A stretch of 64,000 nucleotides of DNA from Ptychomitrium polyphyllum (Eukaryota), in assembly GCA_973851085.1 (NCBI GenBank), contig OZ316775.1, positions 558,001 to 622,000 of the forward strand, written 5' to 3'. Shown piece after piece: positions 25,211-37,200 of the stretch (position 1 is its first letter; the number at the start of each line of letters is the position of its first letter). Position numbers and translations under genes: made by a program. The notes under the pieces are model-generated. The model was not told the DNA's origin. It saw nothing but the letters and a program-made list of their open reading frames with translations, and did no database searches.

Positions 25211-28200
25211 ATGGCGCAAATTCAAGCCAGTCTGCATGCCGTTGTCAGGTACATCAACTCGATCCTGAACCAGCTTTCTAAACCTCGAGGTCTTGACACT
25301 TGAACCTGGTGCAGTTGAACACGAAAGTATCTTTCTCAAACATATCTGAAATCTGATGGTGGTTGAATTTTTCCAAGTGGTTGTTCTATAATAAAATTGG
25401 TACACGAAGGAACTGAAAGAAGGATACGTTTCAAAATCAACAAACATGTATTGTTGGATTTAAGGGGGCCAATAATTTGCTGAAGGGTCAACCTCCAGCC
25501 CGATTTAAGTTTCTCGTCAATACTTGTCGAGTAATTGGCATAACATTTTGGGGACAGTTGAACACTGGAGGTGAAGGGCTGATTTTCTATTCAATTTATC
25601 TCTATTTCTAAACAAGTCCTGGCAAAGTAGGAGAGTCATTGCACTCAACAGGGGTATTTTGCAGAATATGAAAGGTAATAAATGGTATTGATTCTCATGC
25701 TCGATTGTTTGGATTTTGTCCTCAAGACTCTTGGTTCTAGTAGATGGTTTGTTATCAGAGTTTTCTGAACAGCTTCATCCACTAGAGCAGTGTAATCTGT
25801 ATTCGGCATCAAGTTTGCTTACATAATGGAATATTAAGTGAATATGGAGTAATCTACTGTTCCTTCGTTATGGGAGTTTAAGTGCTTTATGTGAAACTCT
25901 CTTCTCCTAAACCCAAAGAAAGATTTGGAAGCGGACCAACTTATGGTTGTGGCTTCCCTGTTTATTAAGTGGCGTGTTTAGGCGCTTGATACATCCTGGA
26001 ACTTTTAGTACCTTCGGTGACAATTGGAGCTGGGGTTCTTCTTAAAAAGATTAATGTGGAAAGGCGTACGGCTGCTATTATAATTATAAACAATCGTTGG
26101 GGCTTGATCTGTTTTGTGTTTGTGTTTCGGTGCAGACCATCGTTACAGTCCATTACTGCAGGAAGGTCGAGCAAAGAGCTGCCTTTGCAGCATGGACAAG
26201 TAAGTCATACTCGTGGTTCAATGTTCTAATGCGTCGATTTTGCATCAAGTTGTCAACACGGGAGAGTGTTGGGGCTGATTTCTTGGTTTAGTCGTTTGCA
26301 TCCTCATCGCATGGCCTTTCCTACATTTGACATGATGTTATTATTAATTTTTCGTTTGTGATTTTCGTTCCGCTTCGACCTTTTTGTAATATATCTTGTT
26401 TTGAATCTGATATTCTGAACGTTTGGAAAATATTTATGCTGTTATTGCAGGTTCCTAGAACCACCTTCTCTAACAAGGGGGACCCTATTTCACTTTCATG
26501 TTTTCGAGGAAGCTTACGAGGCACGCATTGGTTCTTAGGAAAAGCATCATCAAGAACTCCTGGAAGGTGCTTCACTTAGCAAATTGCTACCATGTATTTC
26601 ATGACTAACTCGAAGTTAATGTCGTCTCATTTTATCAATGAGTCCTTGTGCATGTGCTTGACCTGTGCATGTGCGTTTGTGCACTTCAGGAGAGGCGCGA
26701 ATATAAGGAGTCCTGTCGTCGCTGGGACCTCAGGAAATCACTCTCCTGAATTAGGAGGAATAACACTGACCGAGGACAATGCAAGCCTTTCTGTTTTGGA
26801 TGAATCACCTGGGTCTAGAGTAAGCTACACTACTGACACCGATAGTGAAGGTGAAGCTGAATACAGTCTGGCTTTTGATAATGAGAGCATGCCTGGTTCC
26901 ACTGTGGTTGGTATCGATGGAATGGACCAAGATAATCTGCTTATGGACGTAACTTTGAGCTTCTATGAGATGGGCATCAGGTATCTCCCTCAAACTAAAC
27001 TGGCATTTAAGTTTAAAGTTATATAATAGGTTTCCTTGATGAAGCGATTATCAATTCATCTAGAAACTGCGTACAGGAAAACATATGACACAGGAAATTT
27101 AGATGACCTGAACTTCCAAAATGTCCTGTCACCATGTGGCTTTGCTAGTGTTGCTTTTTCAGATTCCCACATTCGCATCGTGCCGTGAACTCAGTGTGGC
27201 TTTTACAAATGCTTTCATGGTTTTTTTACGATGCCTGACATTTGACTGCTGCATCCCTTCTAGAGATGAAGTTGACTAGGTGTTTCAGTCTTCGTACATA
27301 GCAAGTGTCCTCCTATTGTATTTTAATCGCCCATTTTCATTACGATTGTGAATAATCTGATTATCATCATAGTCGAAGCCCAAGATTAGTATTTCCCTCC
27401 GATCTGATTTCTATGTTCTTCATTTTATCAACAGTGTCCAGAGTGCACAAGTGCTCACAAAGGATAATCGCGTAGTGGACATATTTATTGTCTCGGACGC
27501 TGAAACGAGAACAGCCATTCCCGAGGATAGATGGCCAGACATCAAAGAGAAGATCTTTGCCAAATTAAAGCGACGTAATGTTCTCAATACCACTACTGGC
27601 GATCCCAAGTTAGCGGAACAAGTAAGCTCATCTCATGGTTCTTTTCTTTCTACGCAGATATCTCTCGTTGCTTTATATATATACCTTGTCTATCAGAAAG
27701 AGAGGTTCTAAGAGCAAACAACTGTAGAGGCCAATAAGTTGGTTGATCAATATGATGTTTAAACTGAGGATTGCCGATAATGATAGGCGAAGAGCCAACA
27801 AGTAGTTTAGGAGATATTGAAATGTGTGATGTGATAGGACTTACTGGATCACTTGTTCTGAACAGGTTACATTTTTGACCCAAACTTTGAACAAAGCAGT
27901 CCGTGATGATGGTAAAGAGGATGTGCTTGAAGCAGTAAGTTTTCAAAATTGGTATTATTGACTTTGCGGAAAATGTGAATCTTAGCATTGCTGAGTATTG
28001 GACTGGCTTTAAATGCGTTATACTTTACTGAAAGTGGATTGCAAATAGCCTTGAGAGGAGCATCAGTCGCCAGTCCCGGAGACGGTCTTGCATGCAGTGG
28101 TATGACACAAAGCAGTACTATTAATTTTATTTCTACGTGTTTGGATCAGGCTTTTTTCCTGCAAAATGGATTTGAAGGGTTACGTCATAAGGAAGATCCT

Positions 28201-31200
28201 CGTAAGCGCGCTGACTTGCTACGTTACATAGAGAAGATGGAGGAGAAAAAGGTATGGTCTTCATAGTTCGGTTTGCCATTTTTCTATCTCGAATACGCTT
28301 TGTAACACGTTAAATGTTTTCCTTGTTTTTACTCATAACATGATGTTTTTCTTAATATCGTGTACATCCATTAAAAGCCAAAGAGTTTCTCTTTAATGAA
28401 ATCGTTTCTTATCGGTGATCGAATTGCTGCAGATAACCGCAGTTATTCGTTTATTCTATTTGTATTCATCTCTTCTGAACGTAGCAGACGAAGCCCATAG
28501 TCATCGACTACGTCGAGAGCAGGTACTATTTTGAATTAGTCTTCGCGTGCACTCCTTGGAATTTGGTAGATGTTCCGGTTAATCGAGATTTGCAGCTGCA
28601 GAAATATCGTGATAGGGTTGAGGGGATGCTCATTGCAAATTATTACCTTCCTCCTTGTAATTCGTTCGACAAAGTTTTAGTTTGGGCCTTTTGAGTTTTG
28701 CAGGTGTGGGCTAGCAGAAATGCAACACCGCTTTGGTTTGCATCCTTTGATCACTCTCTAAGAGCATTTAAGAAGGAAAATGTAGGAGCAGCTGAACTTC
28801 AAGAACTGTTGAATCGAACTGAGGTTAGGCTCATTATTACTTTGGGCACCTGTGTTCGTTTTATTCAACAAATTATTTATTGCTTACGATGTCAGTACAT
28901 AAATTTCAAAGCAATTTGTCACTGGCAAACATCATATGCAAGAGCAGACATAATAACTATCACATGTTGATAGAATATCAAGTTTAGTATTTCTATTTTA
29001 ATGTGTTCTGCCAATCATGTGTGATAAATTCTGTACTGTGCCGTTCTAAATATTCTGTGTGCTTGTGGTGTCAGTACAATCCAGTCTTTACTGCTCATCC
29101 AACGGAGGCTCGGCGCAGAGAAGTTCTTACATGTTTGCATCGTATCTTCCTTCTCTGCAATGATCGCGAGGTGTGCTTCATATTTTCTCTTTGTCTCACA
29201 ATCGAAAAACTGTTTATCGTGCAATCTTGTTTTATCTTAGCACGCTTCGTTGCCTATTCATAGGAATAACTGCTAATCAGCGAGCCGCGCTTAGAATGTT
29301 GATTCGTCTTTTCGCCCTTTGTAAGGTCGTTGAAGGGGAAGGCTTCTCTGTTTGTTTAACCTTGAATGTGTGATTTCTGTTTTCGAATTTCAATTATTGC
29401 TTTCAGATTTTATTTCTTACTTCAAACTTTTGGCCTGTTATGAATCATTCTGGACTTTCCACATTGTTCCACAGTTAGTACATATGTGTTTCTCAGACTG
29501 CTTAAACTGCATATTGAGAAGAGAGCATTTTAATAAACTGGTAACTTTGTGGTATGTTATCTACAAAGCCCGCTGTGACACATCGATGGCATGCAGGATC
29601 CGAGACTTAGTCCAGCTCAGAAGGCAGAACTGGAGGTTGAAATTGAGGCTGAGGTAAGCATGATGGTTATCCATGTGGTCATTTTTCCATAGTTGTTACC
29701 ATTTTTGCCAAATACATGAGCCTTGATTAGCGACTAGAATTCATTTATCATTATATTTTGGTCGTTACAGGTCGAGATACTCTGGAGAACGGATGAGATG
29801 CGAGCAACAAAACCAACTGTCTTGGAAGAGATAGTTACAGGACTTGATTACTTCCGTTATTCACTTTTTGAGGCTGTGTGCACCACATATCGATATGCTG
29901 AAAACTCCGTTAATGTAAGTAATTTACTCATAAATTAGTATTTCTTGAAATTCACCTCAGTTTTAGCAGGAGGTAATGTTTCCTAACAGCACCTTGTAAC
30001 TGCCCATGTTGACAGGCTATATACCCAGATGAAGGTGTTGCTGTTCCGAGCTTTATTAAATTTGGATCGTGGATTGGTGGTGACCGTGACGGCAATCCTT
30101 TTGGTTAGTTTTGATCTTGTTGCAATCTACACATGCTTTTTTTCCCCTCTAGTGTGGTAAAGAGTGAAAAATCCTCAGGAAAAGTCTTGGTGTTATTGTG
30201 ATTCTTCGTAAGCTACTCATTTCTCCTGTTTACTCTTACACTGAACAATGAACGTGAGTATCTCTATTCTTCAGCATTAATGACTAAGTCAAAATCGCAA
30301 TGTACAGTATGTAGGGATTCTTATTCCGTTGTGGAATTTACCGAAGGGAATCTACTGTGGATTCACAATACACAGACACTAAGGAAACTCTCATCACTCT
30401 GTTGTTTAAAAGTGATGAAGTATATTTATTTGTGAGCAGTTACAGTGTCTTATCAAACCGCATGATAAATTAGACCACATTGGTAATGACGTCCTACTAC
30501 AATCTTTAGCAAGAATTCTTGGACTACAATTGTTCTACGTAAATACCGTAGTCTATAGTGGGCTAGCCAACTATATATTGACAAAGATATCCTATTTGGT
30601 TGGGTGAATCAGTTCGACCCGAAACAACAGTAATGGCAGCTTTGCTGGCAAGTCGCCTCATCCTGGCTGAATACATTCGTCGTGTCCGTGCATGTCAGGT
30701 GAAGCGACTTGCCTCTGAAAACTGTTTCGTTATTTGCATGTCGCAAATTCTAAGAGTTATAGATAGGTTTGCAGAGAAATAACTTTACTTTAGAATCTTA
30801 GCTATTTATTTGTTTATTTGTGTATTTTTATAAGTTAAAAAAAATTTCACGGGTGTGAGGTAACCATGTTGAAGGGGTACATGCACATGAACTTACCTCT
30901 ATTTGTGTTGGTAACCAAGAAGATTATCTAAGCGTAATATTGTTCCGTAGCACTTTTCCGTTTTGCTATGTGGCACTGCTCTGAGGTTATCCTCTTCCAA
31001 TCTCCTATGTTTTGAGATACAGAATTAGTGATTGAAGGATTGTCTTGTTACATTAGAAGAAAACCTTAAAGCATACAGTACTTGAGAATAGGTAGCGTTT
31101 TATGATTATATTATGTATGTTATAAAAAGAGTGGCCCATTCATTAAGAAACTACTTATTGTACATCTTTTTGGCAGGACACGTTGACGCACTCTCGGCTC

Positions 31201-34200
31201 ATCTGTGAAATATCACCAGAATTGTTGGAAAGCCTAGAAGAAGACAAGAAAGTGATGGAGCAGATTCCTGCAATTCGCTTTGATGGTGCCCTTTTTGAGC
31301 AAGTGCGTTCCTGATTAATATTGTGTTGGTATTCTTTGCTCTGCACATTTTAACTTGCAAATGCATACATTAGTTTCATATACCAGTTTTGATTGTGCTT
31401 TTTTCTACTTTTCTTTCAATTAACTTGAAGCATCAGTATTTCAGTTTTCTTATCAGTGATTTCAATTGCAATGAAGCAGGAGCCATACAGACTCAAACTG
31501 AGGGTCATGCGGCACCGACTTGAGCAAAGATTAAGGGGTGTCAATGCTTGCCTGCGTGAGTTAGGAAAGGCAGGCATGCATGATGAAGTATGTTGTCAGG
31601 TCACCAAACCCTGAATGATTTTAATTGTATGTGATTAATTGTACCTGAACTTTCAATACTGTTGATAGTGGTACCTTTGGTTATAAAAATTTACATTAAC
31701 AACAAGATTGGAAACTTGTAGCTATATCATATATTCTGGATAGCTGTAAAATCATCAACTAAAAAATCAATGTCATAGAGAATTGTAAAAAACCTAGTAC
31801 CTGCAAGAGATCATCAAGGCGAGAATGATACTTCATGTAATCTAGTTGATGTTCTTGACAGTCTAAGTAGGAATTTGTCATAGGAGTTGACATGCTTACA
31901 CGTACAGAAGTTCTTTAGTCATATGCTTGCATCTTATGACATGTTTCTTGTCTTTAATTAAAAAGGTGCTGTATTTGATGAATAGATGTTGCTTGAAATG
32001 AATAAAAGATCGTAACTGGTAATAAAACACATGTGGTGGTGAATATAAGCAGAACCGAAAGAGTAAAGACACTGACCTAGGGCACCTCATCTACTAGTAA
32101 AGGTATAATACTTTGAGTAAATTCTACTGATAATTGATGTTTAATAAGCTAACAGTTGAGCAAACTGTTAAGTCATTGATGCTGACATTATTAAACAGCA
32201 TATAACATGTAACAAGCTTTGGTTTTAAACAACCGGCTGCGCACACTTAAGGAGCGTTTTTCTAAGCTCATAAAAATTTCGGTTTAAAAAGAAAGGACCA
32301 TTATTCGGGTTTAAACAGTCAAGTTTCCAGTAGACTTTTAATTCATTATGGCCATTGAAGATCTTAGAGTGCTTACGTTGTGGATCGGTTGGTTGTGTTT
32401 GTAGTTGCTGATAGACATTGAGTTCAACATTGACGAGATCCCCGGACTGGACCCAAAGAAGGATGCTTATGTCAGTGAGGAACTGTTTCTGAGGGATTTG
32501 AAACTCATTGATGTGGGTCCCCTCTTACTCTCTTTAAACATGGCATTTGTAACATTATTCTGATTCGGTATAATCGTGCTTACATTAATAACAGTTTCTT
32601 TTGTAAGATGAATTAACTGGAAACTTATCTAAACTTCATGAAGTTCCTATCATTTCACAGAATGTTACAAAGCAATCTCGTTAGTAATGTCATCTGCGTC
32701 AAATTTCAAGCTATTGCCAAAGTACCTTCTTATTCTTATATGAAGTGTGTCTCTCTTGCGCACACAGCCTAATCAACGAAGTAAGTGTAGGTTATCGAAG
32801 TTGGTACGGTCAATGATGCTCTACTTGTATGCAGTTTTCTTTGCGCAAAGGTGGAGATATTCGCTTGGCGGATAGGAAATTGAAGGATTTGATCCGGCTG
32901 GTTGAAACATTTGGTTTCTATTGTTGCGCACTTGACGTCCGGCAGGAGTCAACAGTTCATTCTGAGGTATAACTGAATTTCTTTGGACGTGTTTTTCAAA
33001 ATATAAAGACGTTTGGGAAACACAACAGAACAGCACTTGGGCCTCTTGTTTTTTATTATTTTGCTGATAATGCATCTTGGAGTCAGTTATTTGTTTTTCT
33101 AAGTTAGAAGTATCACATGGACTTCTGAGGTTCTGGATGATTTTCATGGATTCAGACAACAAACGAGATTATTCGACTTTTAGGGCTGCATGACAATTAC
33201 AGCTCACTACTAGAGGAAGAGCGCATGAAGATGCTTGCAGAAGCGATCTCATCTCCACCTCCTGTGGAAAAAGTCGAGGTTTGTTTCTTGCCATCCTGTT
33301 TCTAAGTTTCTGCCGGGGTTTCAAAGCTGTTACAAGGTGTGGCAGTGTCCATCTAAGAGGCGGGCTGGTGTTCGCTCTCTGCAAGCAATATCTTTATTAT
33401 GGGTCCCTTTGAATTTACGTTGTTGATTTGACAACCGGTCTATTGCAAAAGGTTCAGCTGTATACCTGTGCTCGATGTACGAGTATGTTTTCAGACTCTC
33501 CCAGAGCTATTCATTTCTTTTAGAATGGGCATGCACTATGGACAGGATGATGTTTCACCTTCTGTTTGCCTTGAAAACTTATTGTATTCGTGTTTCCAGG
33601 GCTTATACAAAACTATGTCAGACTCTTCGAGGGAAGTAGTGGAGCTCTTCTTTGCCATGGCTGATATCAGGGAAAACATCTCAGAGAATTCTATAGCTTC
33701 CTATGTTATTTCTATGACTCGACACGCATCTCATGTGATGGAGGCAAGTGTTTCCTACCTCTTCTTTGCCAGTATCTTTTTGAATTATTATATGTTATTC
33801 TGAGACATCGAATCATTGGTACTGTGTCAGTCTCTTGACCTTCTTCACTTTTGCGAAAGGCTGGACCTTTTCAGATCCCTAGTGGAGTTCAAACCCGGTG
33901 AAATCTATGCAAATTAATATTTGATATGGGTATCTTTCTTCGATACAGTTCTCTTCCAACTCATTCTTCTTCGAAACAGGTCTTGTTTCTTGGGTGGTTT
34001 TCGTGCAAGAATTTACTCGAGAAAAAGGCGTCGGGAGAATGGAATGCACAGCTGGTGGTTGCCCCTCTTTTCGAAACTATTCCGGATTTGGAGGTAATGT
34101 CGAACTTCTTGAATACTGATCTGTTATGCGTACTCATTGCTGATACGAACAGTCATTTTCATGTCTCACGTGTTCATTGTTGTGCCACTTTAGTACGGCA

Positions 34201-37200
34201 GTAGTCTTTTGTGTTAGTGATGCGCTCGTTCACTTGCGGTCCACTTAGACGCGTTTTACAGAGAACCGGATAAGGATGTTCCACAATAGTCTACTATCCG
34301 GACATGTCTTTGATCATGGACCAAAGAGCCCGAAAAAGCTGTCATTGACTGCCAAATCCTTATGTTGCCTGCAGAACATGCCAGGAGCTTTAGAGTCACT
34401 TTTTAAAAACGATACATATAAAGCAATCTTGATGGCTTCTGGAGGTATTCAGGTATTTTTAGTCTGACAGTTGGACATGATATTACCTGCACTAGTATGT
34501 TGCACCCTGGAAAAACCATGAGCTAGATCGCTGTTCTTTTGAAGGTCGCCGATATGCTTGGTGGAACTGTTTTACATTTGAAGAGGATTCATGAGAAATA
34601 GCATGTTTTCAGGAAATTATGCTTGGGTACTCAGACTCCTGCAAAGATGGAGGTATTACAGCTAGTGCATACAACCTATACAAGGCTCAATCTGTAATCC
34701 AGAAACTTACAGTCGAGGCAGGAGTGAAATCCTGCATTTTCCATGGTCGTGGTGGTACTGTTGGACGTGGAGCTGGCCCAACTCACGAGAGTATCTTATC
34801 TCAGGTAATTTGTACGATGACTGCATATCCCTATTTTCTTTAATCCTTCTGATCAGAAACTTCAGGTTGCTAAGAAATACGAGATCTTCTGGTTAGATGC
34901 ATGCTGTGGTACAAAAGTCTCGGCTATAGGAACCCTGTTCACAAATATGTCCTTCTTGGGTGTAACATCTGCTCACCTCTCCTTAGATTCGCGTTCCTAT
35001 GAACCTGCTTCACTTTTGTAATTTTTATCTTCTTTTCACAAGTTCTAGACATTCATATTCTTTTAAATGATTGTCGTATAATGATTCTAGAGTGTGCTGA
35101 GTCCTGAATAGCACTATCAAGGACGTGCCTCTTTAATTGAATTCCCTTTCACTTGCTGGCAGCCACCAGGCAGCGTGGATGGGAAAATAAAGTTCACAGA
35201 GCAAGGAGAAGTTATCACTTATCGTTATGGTAATGCTCAAACGGCTGCATACGAATTGACTGTAAGTTATTCATACCTTGTCATTCTGGTTAGTTCATGT
35301 ATGTATTATTGACATGACGTTGGTGCAATCTCAATTGCGAATGCTGTTGTTTGTCTATATGGTTTGTCTAAACTCCAAATCCAGAACACTTCAGACCACG
35401 CTAGTGCAATTATATACTAGTAATTTTGTGATTCCGTCAAATAGCTTCTAAAGGCTTCTGCTCCTTAATTTGCGATCAGGGTTTTAATCACAAGATCTTG
35501 TTATGGCAGGTTGGTATTACAGGGCTTCTAAAAGCCAGTCATCCTGCAACTCGAGAACGTGGCAATTATGAGAAGGTGAGCAACCCCTTGACTTTTGAAT
35601 AGCAATGTGCACGCAGTAGATAGGTTTAAATCTGGTAGCATGTTTGCAATTTGAAGAATGTGTTGAATTCGGATCCATCTATTTGCCGTTCCTCATCCAA
35701 TCTCGCAACCCGGCGTGTTATTATGCGTGCATTTGAACAGATGTGCCAATTTGGTAGCGGAGAAGCTGCGCAACCGCCTAGTAACATGTTTTACCGTTAT
35801 CTGTTACTTAACATACAGTGTTGTGTTATGACAGTACTTCTCTACCATGGAACAGCTAGCGACAGCTGCAGAGAAGTCCTACCGTGATCTGACCGATGAG
35901 ACGGAAGGATTTTATGATTATTTCTATGAATCAACCGTCGTAAACGAAATTGGTCTCATTAACATTGGCAGTCGTCCTGCTCGTCGTAAGGCTGCTGTTC
36001 GAGACAAGTCTTCATTGCGTGCCATTCCCTGGGTCTTCGGTTGGGCTCAGGTGTGTCTTTACCCCACAACGATGAAATCTTTTTGAAATCTTTTGAAACC
36101 TTTGTCAAGGAAGGATTTCTGCAAGCTAAGTACTTGCTTGTTAAGTGTGTTTTGCACAGGTCATGTTCAGTTCATTATAGTAGGTACCATAGAATAGACC
36201 TACCTAACTAACCTCTCATTGCTTCCCTTATCATCTAGGTTGGAGGAAAGGCAGAGTCTAGGAGTAGACTTCATTACTCATGGCTGGATTCGCGGTCCTT
36301 GGTCAAATTGTGCCTACGCATGACATAAATCTGCCTAAACGTATTCATAATTTTAGTTGATGGAAAGCTGAACCGGTATCTTCATCAAGAAAGCTAAGTT
36401 GTAAGGACTGTCAGGCGAATAATATTCAGTCGAAACAATTTTGTCTTTGTGGAACTCATATTTGTTTTATTCTGAATGTGTGTGTGACAGTCCAGGCATA
36501 CTTTGCCAGCATGGTACGGGGTGGGCAGCGGCATTGCAAGTTACACACGAGATGAACCAGAGCGAATTCAGGAGCTACAGATCATGTATCAGGAGTGGCC
36601 CTTCTTTCGCACTTTTCTGTCAAATGTGCAGGTATTTCTCCTTTTCATTCAATCAATGATTAGAGGCCGAAAGTTCATTGGCAGTCTTGAACTGGTTGAT
36701 TTGATTGAATCATGTCGGCTCACTGGGGTGCACCAAATTTTTCGAAACAAGAATGTCACTTTGTCTAAGCAATTTCCGTCTTGGTTTGATCTTACCAATG
36801 CAAAGAAAATAGGCATCACTTAAAGCTTTTGACGTATAAATCTTCAATTTTTCTTTAATTCCGTCTCGGGGCTGTCTGTAAAGGAAGCCTTAACAAGTTT
36901 GTCATTGGTATGTTGACAGATGTCTTTATTCAAAGCATCAATGGAGATTGCTCAAGAATATGCACGGTTATGCTCGTACGTGTCCTGCCCATTTCCTTGC
37001 TATGCATGCTGAGTTGCAACTTGATTTCACTTTTAAAAATACTATTGGCTATGTGCACCTGATTAGGAGAAAATTTCAAGTTTCGTGCTATCCTTCCAAG
37101 CACAACAGGTCTGTTGTCGTCGTTTAGTCGAGCGATATTCAAAATGCAATGTTTCAGAGAGAAGATCGTGTTGTTGGTAGCTTTAGAGTGCACGAAATAG

